A DNA stretch of 64,000 nucleotides from Monocercomonoides exilis PA203. Taxonomy: Eukaryota > Protista > Preaxostyla. Under the pieces are notes generated by a model, which was not told the DNA's origin, ran no database searches, and saw nothing but the letters and a program-made list of their open reading frames with translations. Position numbers and translations under genes: made by a program. Positions 1 to 13,825 of this stretch are shown here, piece after piece. Every line of letters starts with the position of its first letter. Position 1 is the stretch's first letter. The DNA lies in the NCBI GenBank assembly GCA_001643675.2, contig LSRY02000007.1, positions 1,736,001-1,800,000 of the forward strand. Reading direction: 5' to 3'.

Positions 1-1355
1 TTCAGTTCGGAATTATTTGCTGTATTCAGGTTACTGCTGGAATTTCTGCAAGTTGCGTTTTTTCGAGCAAGCCACAAGATTGAAAGGATAACAAGAGTTT
101 TGATATGAAATCATTCAGCAATTTTAAATGGAAATTCACCAATGTATTCCAGAGCACTTAATTATTCAGTGCAATTCACAGAAAGAAAGGAGGAAAAAGA
201 AGAAGCTCACGCTCATGGGATAATGCAACATGTTGTTATAGTATGATCCGGAAGATGAATAAAGAAAAGGCAGAAAGAAAATTTATATGCATAATGTGGA
301 TCGACAGAAAAAGGAAAGAGAAAGATGGGCAAAGAAGAGAAAACGAAAGATAATGGAGAATTGTGCGAACACACAGAACGGGAACTTCTCTGAACAGCTG
401 CACATAGATATCACAGTTATTATACACACTATTGTTTAGCTTTTTATGGAAAGGAACGAAGATGAGCATTAAGAAAAAGAGGGAGAGGAAAAAGCATCGA
501 ACGAATGCTGAAAGATTGCAGAAGCAGAAGCAGTATATGATGAAGGAAAAGACAAGGATGAACACGAAAAGGAAGAGGAAGAGGAAAGAAAGAGAAAGAG
601 AAAGTTGGGGAAAAAATCTTTGAAAGAAGATTTTAATATTTCTGGCTTTTTTTTACTCAAAATAGAAAGGAGGTCATTAAAAACTGGATTTATTCGTTAA
701 CAAGAACTTACAGAAGTGCAAGATTGTATTTTAGTTATTTTTGAACGTGGAATTGGACGAAGGGCCCAGAAAGAAGATGAAGTGAAATAAAATTAGCAGC
801 CCAATGTCCAACAACAAAACATATTTCCAAAAGAAAGGAATTTGAAAACATAACAGAAAAATGAAAAAAGAAATAGATGCGCAATGCAAGCAAAAGCGGA
901 TCATACAGGTGGCAACAACTGGTTTGCAGGCTCTTTTTCGTTTGCTCATGTTCGGAATCGCTTTTATTTTTTATTTTTTATTTTTCTATTCCAATTTTTC
1001 AAAGACTTCTATTTTATCTGACTTCCATACGTCATTAGAGTCATCTATTTATATGAAATATCATTTGCCTAGCGTTGATAGATGGTAGATTGCCTCTTTA
1101 AACCTGCTGTGGAAATTGTGGCCGAATTTTTCTTTGTGCCAAACGCGGATAGGAGAGAGACTACAGAACATTTTTCTGCAAGCCAGAAATACCGCCTTAG
1201 CTGTAATTGTTGCAAGAGATGAAAACGCTCCGAATAAAGCGATCGAAAGGTCAATATTTAGCCTTTGAACATCTTTTGCAAAGATAAACCGAAGAAAATG
1301 AGCTGGTCATTAACAAAATAATGAGGGCATCGCTTTTTAAGCGGCCTGTACAAGA

Positions 1356-4300
1356 CTAAATCTGAGATTGCAAGACTTGCCATTCTTCTTCACTTGCTGC
1401 ACTGCTTAAGGCTTGCTGGTTACTGGAAGGGCGGTTATTGTCAGAGGCTATCACTAAGTCAATAGCATCAGACATCGTGAGCACGGCAGTGCCGTCGGGA
1501 AAGCGCTGGATGAATTCTCTCTTTAAATTGGCAAGGGAAGGTCGATTGCTTTCTGTGCGCGACAAGCATTCTTTTGCGACGGTTGATAAAGATGAAGCGG
1601 CGAAAGCATCGATATAAGGTCTTTCTCCATTGACTATCTTCTGTCCTGCAACCTCTGCCTCATATTCTCCAAATGGGATCTGGAGTGTCAGACACTCCCA
1701 CAGCATCATCCCAATCGAGAATGCCACCGACTCCTTCGTTGCTTCCCTCTTCTTGTTGATCAGCAGCTCAGGCGCCTTCCACCGCAAACACTCTTTTTTG
1801 AAGCTATCTTCATCCTCAAACGCTGATGAGGGCAGAGAGTCATTATCATCATTATCATCACTGGCAGATGTGACAACAGTTGACGATGAAATGGATGACG
1901 AGTCTGAATCATCATCTGACAATAAGTCTGAATGCATCACAATACAAATGACCATGTGCTCCGAGAACAACACAATGTGCGGACTGAGATTGGCAAGAGA
2001 AGAAAGAGGATTTTTCATCTCGTCAAATGAGTGGAGCGCTCCATTCGCAACCCAGAACAGGATTTGGGCAGCTGTTTGCTCTCTTTCCTTCAAGGAACCA
2101 ATCGCCATCTCCTTTGTCTTGTTTCTCCCATGAAGCAGCATGAACAGCGAATCTCTCAGATCCACAATCAGCTTCTCGTGAGGCGACGAACAGGCCATTG
2201 CATCCACCAAGTTTGACATGGATGAGGTTGTCGGGCACAAATCCTCCCCTCGAACAAAAGTCGAATCTGAATCAGTTGAACATGTTGAGGAAACTGATGG
2301 TGACGGAGTTCTTTTTCTTGTTTCTTCCTCTTCTTCTTTCTCATCAACCTTCTCTAATGCCCAATCAGGAATTTTATCTGAATCTCTCCCCAATATATAT
2401 TCAGTTGATCCACTCTCAGATAATAAATGCTCTGATGACTCTGAATGTTCCATATTCGTATCATATATTCTTTTCTTCATGTTTTCTTCGTTCTTCTTCT
2501 TTCCTTCCCTTTCTGCTCTTCTCCATTGTTCCTCAGGCGACATCTCCATCGTCACCATCTCAAATGCCTTCGGATCCTTCTTCACTGAATCATTCACAAT
2601 CTCTCTCAGATCTTTATTCTCATTCTTTGCCTTTCTCCACCGAACAATGAATATAATTGATACAATTAGAACAATCAGAAACATTATTGCAAATATCACA
2701 ATCACAATCAATGCCCATGATGATTTTTCTTCTTTTCCACTTTCAACATTTCTTTCATCTCCTTTTGGTGGAGTGATACTCGCATTTTTCAAAATAAATG
2801 AGTTTGTCGAAGATGGAGAATTTGAGTTTCCAAACAAAATATGCACGCTCACTTCTATTTCGTCTTCACAACTTTTGATGAGATCATTTCCCACACTCCC
2901 TTCAACTTCTCTTTCTGACAAAAATCCATTTGAATCAAAATCATGTTTTTCAATCTCTTTCTCTTCACCTTTCCTCTTCACAATTGAGAATGAGAGATTA
3001 CAAGGGAGGAGAAGTGATCCTCTGAACACAAGATTCACTTTCTCTTCAGACTTCTCAGATGACACACTCACCACCTTCGGGATGAAAAAGGGAGATGCTC
3101 TTTCTCCTGCAATCCCTTCCAATGAACATCCTCCATCTAATACCCACAACGATGAATTATCTTTCACTCCATCACCCCCCTTCAAACTCACAACACTCAA
3201 TTCTGAAGAGCCTTCACACAATATATTCCTTCTTGCTGATGGATAATTCTGAATTGATGGATTGTTGTTCATGAACTCTCCTTTCTCAATCTCCACGCTT
3301 CCACCAAACAATGAAAGCCCTCCTTTCTTCGAGTTGCTGATTGTGGTGTCTTTCATTGTCACATTGCTTGACTTCACATCCACAACTGATCCATTCCAAC
3401 CACATAATGGATTATGTTCTTTGTCATTTTCTTCTTCATCTTCTTCCAAATCGTTATTCTTCTGATGGCTGACTGGCTCATCCATTGCTTTGCCATCAAA
3501 CAAACACGAAACAACAGACACATCTGAACTATCTGAAACAGACAACTGGCTTCCTTTGTCAGTTGAAAGCAGACAATAAGAAAATGAGCAGTTGATTAGA
3601 TTTACATTTGTCTTGCTCCTCTCAATTCTCACAACACTCTTATTGTTATTGTTGTTCTCATTTGATGAAATATTCTCAAAAACTGCAGTTGATATTCTGA
3701 GATTTCCCTTTTCTTCATCATCATTTCTTCCATTTCCATTCATGTTCAGCTCTTCCTTGTTCGTTGAGATCAGACAGCCATTGTTCATTGAGATGTTGGA
3801 ACAGTTCATTTTTTCAATCGAGACAGTTGCATTCGATCCAATTGAAACAACATCAGCAGTCGATGTGAGAGATTCCAGAGTCATTTGGGAAAGCACAATT
3901 TCTGATTCATCTGAAAACAAAAACAAGGGTTTTGCAAAAGATAGCCTGCTGAATGATGTCTCACTCATCTTCAGAACTCCTCCCCAAACAGCCATCACAT
4001 GTGAATCCAGCTCCAACGAAGCATCGGCTGCTGTGAATGTGCACTGAGACACTTCCAAGGATCCATATGATTCGGCGAATACTGCTGAGTGTGCTGCCTC
4101 AAACGAAGAGGCAAATGATATCAGGCAGTTGCGAACTGTGCAATCCTCCTCAAACAGAACCACACTCTGGGCATCTCCAGTGAGTGGAATGGTTGTGCTC
4201 AGCTGGATTGTTGCCTGCTGCTTTGTTGAAGGCAGGATGGACAACCCATGCACAGTTATTTCTGAGAGGAAGGTGGATGAGGCGTTGATGAAAATGATGT

Positions 4301-7300
4301 TAACAAGTCCTGGCTGGATGTGGTGAACAGCTGATGAGATGCTCTGGCAGGGGTTTGTTGGCAATCCACACTGGCGAGTGTCTGCCGAATCGAGACACAC
4401 AAAGATCTGGGGTGCATACAAGAAGGTGATCAAGGGGATCAAGTCCACATCCTGCTCATCGGCATCACTCGCACAGATGGACTTGTTCAACTGGAGAGAC
4501 TCCTGGGTGAAGTCGAGGGCAAAGAGTGTTTCGTTGATCTGCTGCTCGATCGACTGACAGTTGATGAATATATCCTTCCCCACCAGTGCATCATTCATTG
4601 TGAATCGGATCTCTGATATTTTCAGCGGGAGAAAAGATAGTTCATCAGGAGCTGGTGCTGGAGATGAGGGATCCACACAATCAAACATCATTCCGCCTCC
4701 CCTTCCATCCACAGTCGAGCACCTGCAGAGTGTGAATGAGCATTGCCTCACCTCCACCGATGACTCTTGGCTCTTCACACACATCATCAGTGCTCCTCCC
4801 CTTTCACTCGCCTCACTCACACACCGGCTGAATGTGCACTTCTCAACAACACTCTCCACAGGATCGAACACTCCGAGGCAAAGAATGGTTGCGCTGTCAC
4901 CAGAGCATGTGTTGTTGGCAAATGAGGACGACTGGATTTGGAGAGAGCAACAAGGCTTATCTGACACTTCGTTATGAGCAGATGAATTCACAGACAGATG
5001 AGATGGTGTTCTTTCGAATGACACAAGAGAGCACGAAGATGTCGAGACATTCGAGACTGTCATGTTGGAAATGGCGATTGACTGAGAAGGAAGTGAAACA
5101 AGGAGAAATGGGTGAGTGGTTGAGAACGAGGACAATGTGCAATTGTCAATCAATAGACTTCCCTCTGAAACACTCAACAAAGTGAATGAGACAGATTCAC
5201 TTGAACTTTGAGGTGTGAAAGAGCAGTGCTTCATTTGGAGAAGCGATGAGGAAGTTGAGGATCTGATGAATGTTCTGTGGTGGGCAAATGTTGTTGGGGT
5301 GTGGAAGGAGAGAACCTCAAGTGAAAGATGGATTGAAGAATGGATCATCCATTCTTCATTTCCAACAGGATCAACGCCCACACCAATCCCTGACTCATTG
5401 TCTTTCCCAATGAATTTCATTGGGATGTGTTCTGATTCAACAGAAGATGAAAGGGAAAGGGATGAGGTGAGTGAAGAAATATGAGACACTGAGATGGACA
5501 ATCCATCTTCATCATCAGAAGCACTTCCATGGAGTGGAGTGAATTTGAGGGAGATGAGATGGGAGATAGATCTGCATGGAGCAACAGCATATCCACATCC
5601 ACTGAAGTCTCCTCCTTCCTCCCCATCGACAAACCCATTCCCACTGAAGTTGCTCCACAGATACAACACAAGCGGAATCACAAATCCAACCCCTGTGCTG
5701 CTTCTCTCCCACCCACACAGCTCCTCCATCGATGACTTCTCCTTCTCACTCATCTCCCAGCAGAAATGCGCTGAATCTACAACCTCATCCAGAGAGCTCC
5801 CATTCACAAACACATTCTTCCCTTTCCAGGCACAACACCCCATAAACCTCATATCCAGGAGAACAAATTGAGTTGCCTCATCCTCCAATGACAGAAATAT
5901 TCCTCCTCCCAAACCATCTTCTTTTCCTTCTTCTCTCTTTCCTGCACAGCACCCTTCAAACTTCGATGATCCATTCACGACCATTTCATCATTGCCTCTC
6001 AGACACACATGCAATCCTCCCCCTTTTGCTCTGTTCCCCTTTGCCCAGCATCCATTCAATGTGCAGTTGTCAATTATCAGTTGCTTCTTTTCTAGCACAT
6101 GTATTCTTGGCTCATCTTCAATATAAAGACAAGCTCCATCTCCATTCTCTTTTGTGATTCCCTCAAAAACACACTCAACGCAATTGACAACAAAACTGCT
6201 CCCCTTCCCTTCAATCAACGAATGTGATGAAAACACCATTGCTCCTTTTGTCTCAAACATTTCCATCTTCAACTCCCCTCCAACTACACTCACAAAGTAG
6301 AATCCAATCTCACTCCCCGACTCAAATGTTGAATTCATTGATGAGCAGTTTGAAAGAGTGAGAGAGGAAGTGGAAGTGGAGAGTGTAATGAAAGAGTGGG
6401 CATCTGAGAGAGAAGAAGGAAGGGAGAAACAGATATTATATATTGAGCACTCGGTGGGGACACTCACCAGCCATTGATTGGAGAGCTCTGCTTGTGGTGC
6501 ATGCACATCAACAACCATCCCCTTTTGCTCACATGAGATGTTCCAAGCTGGTCCATCCATCGTCATCTCCTCATCCAGTTCATATCCCTCTCCAACAACA
6601 ATCTGCCTTTGTGATGAGCCAAATCTGATCTGAGCAGCATGCATTATCGTCTGACATGGGAAATTGTTGAATCCACAAAAATTCGAATCAAAAACCCAGT
6701 TCCCATCAGTTCCTCCAACATGTGCTGGAGGTTGGAATGATTCCAAAAATACATTCAAAGGAAATGAACCCATTTCACTCAGACTTCTATCAAAGCCCAT
6801 CAACTCTTCATATCCCAGTCCATTCAGCGAAACATGAATCTTTTCCAAATTGATTGTCTCGCCATTCATATTGCGTCCATTCACATAGATATCTCTCCCT
6901 CCCTCTCTTGCCTCACAATCCACAAAACTCACTGATGAAATCACAAAGTCTTCTGCCTCATCTTCCAGCCAAAGAAACAATCCTCCTCCACACTTGCTGC
7001 ATGAACACGAGTCGAGTGTGGTTAGAAACGAGGAGGATCCCATTCTGAATGTGCTGGTGGACGATGTCATGTCAATCCTGATCCCTCCTCCACTCCCACT
7101 CCTGCACTCACAGTTCACGATTGTCGTGTTCCACAGACAAAATGACTCTCCCTCACTGATTGTCTTTGACACCACTGCTCCATCTCCTTCTGTTTTGATC
7201 ACATGTGAAAAGTTGGAATTGGCAACAAAACATTCATCACTGTTTGGAAGTGGAGAAGATGAAGACAGCAACAACAATGAAGCAGAAGAGGTTTCTTGAA

Positions 7301-9553
7301 AGAGACTGGCTTTGGACAATATGTTCTCGACAATGCAATCAGTCATTCGAAAGTTGGCTAAATTCACCTCAAACAAACTGTTCAAATATTCTTTTGAGGG
7401 ATGACCTTCCTGATTCAATGGGGTGCTGATGACAAGCTCTTGAAGAAATAATTGAGAATTTGAGGAGCTCAGTCGGAACAATCTTGAACTTTCATGAGAG
7501 TCAAACACAATGCTCAAAGAAGACAGTTTGCATATCCCGTCATCCACATTCAGAAACACTTTGTCTGCTCCAACACGAACTGGACTCAGTTGAGTCAGAT
7601 CCTTTCCTCTCCCTTGAATAGAAATTCTCTTTCCTTCCACAACAAAACCATTTAATTCAATCATCTCATAAGTTCCCTCAATCAGCATGACTCTGCTTTT
7701 TGTTAAGGTGTCTTCCAATGTGAATTTCAAGGAGCTGCAACCATCCTCAACAGTCAACCCACAGAGCGCATTGTTGTTTCCTCCATCTGGAATGACATAT
7801 CTCACAAGAAATCCATTTGGCAACCAATCATTCTTTGGACCTAATGAGGAGCTCACACATCTGCTCTCTCCACTTGTCAATGAATAACATTCCACAAATG
7901 GTCTTTCTTTTATCTTTACATCAGTATCATAAAAATACGCATCGGATGCCTGTGAGGCAGAATTATTGAAGAAGAAACAATAGAAACAAAACTTTGTATT
8001 CAATTCAAGAGGACTAACATTAATCCACATTCCTCCTCCATTTGAATTCTTTGCAGAACAATTTTGAAAGATGCATTCACTCATAATGAAAAAAGTTGGA
8101 AGATAAGTCCTAATGAGTAATGCGCCTCCATAATCATTATTTGATGTGTCATTTTCACATGTGATATTCAATAAAAGAATTGGCGATCCATTTTCGAGAG
8201 AATTCAAATTGCATTCAGTTGAGATGGAAGGACTTTCTTCATTCAAGAAAATACAACCTCCAAATGCGTTTGTGAATCCGTTTTTCACTATCGTATGAAC
8301 AATATCATAACATTGTGATTTATCGATACAGATTGAACCTCCATGAGTTCCTGCAATATTGTTATTTCTTTTTCCAAAGCAATAATCGAATGAACAGTTC
8401 CCTATTCTTGTGCTTAAAGAATCAAAAACGCAAATTGCTCCTCCCCATCTACCACAGGAACAATTCTGAAATTAAAAAAAAAAAAGAAAAGAGAAAAAGA
8501 CAACAAAAAAATATTTAAATTCAATAACTTTTATATTTTGTGATTGATTTAAAAAACAAATCAAACCTTAAAAATGCAGCTCTTAACACTCAGTGTTGAT
8601 GAAGGACCGTTGAAAAAAATGGCCCCTCCACTTGTGTGAAATCCTATATCGATTGCAGAATTATCTGTTGCGTGTTGATTGACAAATTCAGTATTTAGAA
8701 AGCTCCAATCCTCTTTGACCTCCACTCTTGAACTTGAATTCATTGTTCTGGCACAATGCATCACACTTGTGTTGAAAGCATGCAATGCATGATTGCTGTA
8801 TCCAATTCCTCCATAAAACACATTTTCACTTCCACATAATTCACATCCAGAAATGATAAATGCTCCATTTCCTTTCTGAAGCTCTGTTGTTTCTGAACAA
8901 AATGGATCCTTCTTTTGAGTGGAAGAAATGTTTGAGAAGAAACATTTGGTGATGGATAAAGAAGATGAAGGCGAGGACTCAATAATCGGAGTATTTTCAA
9001 ATACAAGATTGGATAATGTTGAGGATGATAATGTGATTGCTTCAAAATCATTCCCAATCCATTTCTTGCTGGCTGAATGCTCAGAAACCACTAACTGTGG
9101 CATTCGATTGACTTGACATTTTGTGTTCAAAGATATGTTGTTGAAGAATGTTCTTCCATGAGCAATTCTGAACAGACCACTTGCCTTCTCATCATTGCAC
9201 AATATCATGCACCCGAATACTGCAACATTGGATAAAGTTCCAGCAACAACATTTGTTACTCCTCTTATTTGAAACTGTAACTTTGAAAATATTGTGGATG
9301 AATTCATCGATGAAAATGAAGTTCTCAAACAAGAAAACTCCAATATTCCATCATCTCGAAAATTAGTGGATCGATCTTCACTGTAGCCATTTTGTGAATT
9401 TTTCAATTTTGGATTGGATAATGAATATTCATCGTTTTTGGAGAATCCGAAAAGGGATGATTCATCATTCGTATTTCGCAAAGAATTGTATTCAAAAGCA
9501 TTAACATTCAAGTTAAAACTCAGAGTTGAAATCAGATGAATGATTAACAGCAT
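1356..9553 (-). CDS. Giant single-pass surface protein (~2698 aa): signal peptide, repetitive beta-helix-like ectodomain, TM helix, degenerate Tyr-kinase-like C-terminal lobe; 2 exons, intron 8466-8566
   Basis: ORF 8561-9553 has a hydrophobic N-terminus (MLLIIHLISTLSF). A GT..AG intron (aag|gtttga ... atttcag|aattgt) joins it in frame to NCSCGRWGGAIC... and on into ORF 1356-8288. Recurrent GGA/GGG-[ILM] and FxxC motifs and CG-x-PC modules; TM WALIVIVIFAIMFLIVLIVSIIFIV-RWRK; RWKAPE..FSIGMMLWECLTLQIPF..NGERP..RPS matches kinase subdomains VIII-XI. Confidence 0.85.
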
Positions 9554-9801
9554 GCAGGAATAAATTTTTATTTTTCCTGCAACTTTAATTTTCTAAAATT
9601 TGGGTGTTGTTGATCATCCAAAAATTATAATGGTTTTGAAAAATGAAACTTTTATTTGCATGATTATTGCCAACTTTTGATTTGAAGATAACAACAAAAC
9701 ATGTTGACCTTGACGTACTCATGGATAGGTATTCATTTTTATTAAAGGAAAAAAATCTTCTTAATCTTTACAGCTTCCTTTTCAATTGCAATTGTTCATA
9801 T

Positions 9802-9979
9802 GGTACAGAATTCTTGCATTTATGAAAAAATCAATGATTTGTTCCAAACTTTTTCTGCTATTGTATTATTATAATTCTGACATTTTCATTCAAAACAAAA
9901 TATAATAATATTAAAAAGTCGAGAAAATATTTTGGAAGTGCTGTGTGGAATAAAATTTATAAAACAAAAAATACGTCCC
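9802..9979. mobile_element. 178-bp MITE, 'GGGAC' family, copy 1
   Basis: ggtacagaattcttgcatttatg ... ggaataaaatttataaaacaaaaaatacgtccc; flanks atat/attt (3 of 4 match); homologous to the copies at 15062, 15224, 17226 and 35508. Confidence 0.75.
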
Positions 9980-10061
9980 ATTTAGAAAATCAATATATTT
10001 TAATTTATATATTTGTTTTGGAGTGTTTTTATTTATCGAAAAAACTCTATTTATATTTTTA

Positions 10062-10097
<36 letters not shown>

Positions 10098-10505
10098 GGT
10101 GTGTGTGTGTGTGTGTTTCAATCAGGAAAATAATCATCCTTTGTTGGAGCTGTCAAGGAGTAAAGTTCATTCAAAGTTAATGAATGTTTTATTGAAGAGA
10201 AAAATGACCGCAAAGATGATGATGACAAAGATGATGAGCCAGTTTTTGTTGAAGAAAATGTTGACATCATCGTAGTCTCAATGGATGTCGGAGATGGAGA
10301 GGAGCATTTTGAGGTATATGGGTATGATATGGGAGTTTTCATTTTGGGTTTGAACAACTTTTTTATGAATCAACGACATAATTAATGATTGTGTTGTGCA
10401 TTGTTGAGCGTCGGAAATGTTTTTTCGAAAAAAATAAAAAGAATAAAAAAAAGAAATTTGCAAAAAATAGAGGTACATAGTCAGAGGTTTTTTCCTCCTA
10501 TGAAG

Positions 10506-11506
10506 CTAATCCTGACGATTCTTCGTCACCGATTCTTCATGAAAAATATCATCAATGCCAGGAATGTCAGTATCTTCGTCTTCTGTGTCAGGTTCTGGTT
10601 CAGGCGCTTGGGGTTCCACAGGTTTGTAATATGAAATGTGCATCAAAATATCAGAAAATTCATAATCTTTCGATGATTTCACCATTTGCATAGCCAAATG
10701 ATCAGGAATCAGTGATTTCCTTACTCCATGAAGGGGAAAAGACTTTCTGAGAGTGCCCCAAAATCCCTCAATTGTATTGGTGCAGGCTCCACTTTCAGGA
10801 TCCACAAAATGTCGTTTGTGACACACCGTTTTGTGTGTGTAATTGTGAAGATTCAAAGTGGAATAGGAATTCCACTCGTCAGACATGATTGTAGTTCCCG
10901 GGCGAATTCTTTCCAGTATGATTGGAAGCAAAGTTTCTATACGACGATTGGGCGCAATCATCACGAATCTTGGTCCAGCTCCTCCACCTTCCAATCTCTC
11001 TTCCCCACCAAAAATCCAAATCTGTTCTTTTCTCCTTCCTCTCTTGAATTTTCTCCTTCTCCGGACAGCCTCATCAATCTCTACTGTCTTTCCTTCCCCT
11101 CCTATTTGGACTTGGCTCTCATTCCACACATTCATGTACACAACTTTAACAACACTCCCCCAAAATCCAATTGTCTTTCTGTTTATTCCTATAAATCTTG
11201 AAATATGCTTTATGGAAATTCCCTCCTAATACAATAAAGGAATCCTCATTGTTTTCCCCAATCCAGTTTTATTTTGTGAAAAGAATGTTCCATCGAAAAC
11301 TGATTTTTTGAAATACATTTGGAACAGTACCAATATTTATAGAACTTCTCCCTCTTCAGAACCTTCATAAATCTTTGGCACTTGAGACACTGCATAATTC
11401 TCCCACCAAAAATGTTCATGAAAAACCACCTCCATTTTGCATCTTCATCGTGGAATAGATAGTCAAGCTCATTCGTTTTTGTAATATCAAAAATGTGCTC
11501 AGCCAT
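10506..11506 (-). pseudogene. Merlin / IS1595 (ISXO2)-type DDE transposase, frameshifted
   Basis: N-terminal Zn ribbon CLKC..WYCSKC (11246-11536 ORF). Catalytic part VEIDEA..RRKFKRGR..IWIFGG..PNRRIETLLPII..GTTIMSDEWNSY..HKTVCHK..FVDPESGACTNTIEGFW (10506-11141). The two parts are separated by stops or frameshifts; termini not found. Confidence 0.85.
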
Positions 11507-12015
11507 ATAAAAAAAAATAATAATTTGATTTCCCAAAATTATGTGAAAATGACCTTATTTCATCAATTACTATTGTATCTGAAAACGAGTTTCCGACAAC
11601 TGTCATGCATGTTTTTTATCATAATAATAGTTAACAAGATGTTCAAATGAAGTTTTTCACTCTTTTGAAAACTCCCATATAATACACTTATTCCCATTTT
11701 GAATATGAATCTTAATAAAAAACAGTTGTTTTGATTTAATGATCTTTATAAGTGCATTTTTGTTTTAATATCAATCAAAAAGAGATAAATTAATTAATAA
11801 TCTGATAGATTTTTTTTTTATTTTTGATTAAAAAAATTGCATCACAAAAAATAAGAAATTTAAATATTCGTGTTTCCACAAACAATTGGAAAAAAAACTT
11901 TTGTGTTAAACAAGTTTTAAACATTGCTTCAACATATGGGGCAAAGAACGAATTTTCAAAATTTTGTTGTACTAGACACAAAAAATATTGTTTAACCTAT
12001 TAATATTCACCAAAT

Positions 12016-12272
12016 GGGTGATTATTTTCGATATCAAATTTTTTCTTTCAAATATTCAGGTTCAAAATTTTCCCTTGAATATCACTGAATGAGCACCGAA
12101 AAATGAAAAGGCTTATTGAATCCATTTTAATCTTTGATTCAGTAAAAACACTTGATGTTCAAAACAATTATCATGCTTTTTTTCTTTTGAAATAAAAATT
12201 TCTTTCGAAAAACTTTCAATCTTTTAAAATTCATCACCCTGAAAAAATATATGATTTCAAAAATAATCACCC
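12016..12272. mobile_element. 257-bp MITE, 'GGGTG' family
   Basis: TIR gggtgattattttcgatatca / tgatttcaaaaataatcaccc; 4-bp TSD aaat at 12012-15 and 12273-76. Confidence 0.8.
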
Positions 12273-12277
12273 AAATA

Positions 12278-13075
12278 TTATTCAAAATCAAAAAACTTTC
12301 AACCAAAGTCGAAAAACTTTCAAACGAAATCAAAAATTTTCATTCGAAGTCGGAAAACTTTCATTCAAAGTCGAAAGTTTTCATTCGAAATCGAAAAAGT
12401 TTCATTCAAAGTCGAAAATTATTATTCAAAGTCGAAAAAGTTGCAAACGAAATCGAAAATTTTTCAATCGAAATCGAAAAACTTTCAAGCAAAGTCGAAA
12501 GTTCGAAAAACTTCAAATTTTCAAAAAGTTGACAAAAATCAAATAAAATCAAAAACCATTTTTATTGTTGACATATCGATGATATTTGTAATTATAATGA
12601 TTTTTCATCTTTTTTCCGTCATATTTTTATTCTTCATTTTGTCCGATTGCAAATTTAAAAAAACATGAGATGAATTTTCACATATTTTTGTCTCATTTCA
12701 ATTGAAAGCACACTTTTTCGCAGAAAATTCACCAAAGAAAATTTTTGTTTTCATAACCAATTTTGAAAAGAATGATGAATACAGTGTTGGCTCTCTTATT
12801 TCGTGTTTTCTCATTATCAAAAAAACTCATTTCATATTGAATGAAACAGATAATAAAAGTTTTGATTAGAATTTTATTTTTGAGTTTATTTTGATTTGAA
12901 ATCATCAAAATTTGTTGAAAACAACAACACAAACGTTGCTGATAAAAAAACATAAACAGATAATTGATATTTTTCTTCTATTGATCTCTCTTTATTAAAC
13001 GTTTATTTTATAGAAAATTTTCGATTTCGTTTGAAACTTTTTCAACTTTGAATGAAAGTTTTCCGACTTTGAATT
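12278..13075. repeat. Degenerate ~21-bp tandem array (12278-12530) with an inverted partial array (~13012-13075)
   Basis: Unit approximately gtcgaaaaactttcattcaaa / atcgaaaaagtttcaaacgaa, repeated ~11 times. The reverse complement of 13012-13075 reads aattcaaagtcggaaaactttcattcaaagttgaaaaagtttcaaacgaaatcgaaaa. Confidence 0.7.
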
Positions 13076-13339
13076 TTTTTTTGTGTATCTTTTCAAAATA
13101 GATTTTCGTATTTGAAAACAAGTATCACTGATGTCATTACATAATGTGTGGTGATCTCGCATGTATTTCATAAAATGAACCGTTTTGTTGATTATTTTTG
13201 TTCACAAAAAGGTTATCGGAAGTGCAAATTTTTTATTAGAAAAATCCTGAAGTGCGATATTATTTTCCGTTTATTTAGTTTTTTGGGCTGAAATCTGAAG
13301 ATAATGAATTTTGATTTTTAAAAAAAAATATTAAATATA

Positions 13340-13763
13340 TAGGGTAGTCCTTTTTATTTTGTATAAAGATTTTCAAATGGGTTAATAAAAAATGAATTAT
13401 AAAAAATTATTATGATATAACAGAGTTTTGCACTTTGATTGGAATGGACACTAAACAAATTTATGAAAAACTTCAACTTGCTTGCAGTTTGAAGTTTCAA
13501 GATATCCGAACAATCCGTTCATCAAATGTCAAAATTCCACGAAAGGAAGAAATCGACAAGGCATCATAACCGTGGAAAATTATGTTATGAAGATATAATT
13601 AAAATGATTCAACACGCTGTTGATGACAACCCACATATAAGCTGTCGAACTTTGGCGGAGTAATTTCACATTGGGAAAATAACAGTTTCAAAAAATTTCA
13701 CACGAGAAATTTCATTATTAATCTGACAAAATCAGATGGGTTCCATATTCGCTAATTGAAGAT

Positions 13764-13825
<62 letters not shown>

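Noticed and set aside
1-1300. Possible degraded gene fragment at the window start
   Set aside because: Purine-rich broken frames with no motif that can be supported.
1630-7887. Many plus-strand ORFs opposite the receptor gene, and similar antisense ORFs over villin, UVSSA and BRAP2
   Set aside because: Antisense or alternative-frame shadows of real genes with biased codon use; no domain signal.
9700-12010. Termini for the Merlin element (ataggta.. / ..taacctat)
   Set aside because: Too short and AT-rich, with no 8-9-bp TSD.
12278-12530. CRISPR-like array or coding ORF 12251-12532
   Set aside because: Contiguous degenerate units with no unique spacers and no cas genes; the ORF is a by-product of the 21-bp period.
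13090-13200. atgtgtggtgat at ~13144 as the left mariner TIR
   Set aside because: This segment matches an inverted copy at ~61100-61190, so it belongs to a different repeat; the better TIR candidate is at 13340.
13765-13823. 59-nt poly(A) as a retroposed insertion
   Set aside because: No TSD or attached body; it sits on the Lys codons after WVPYSLIEDQ, consistent with slippage or homopolymer error.
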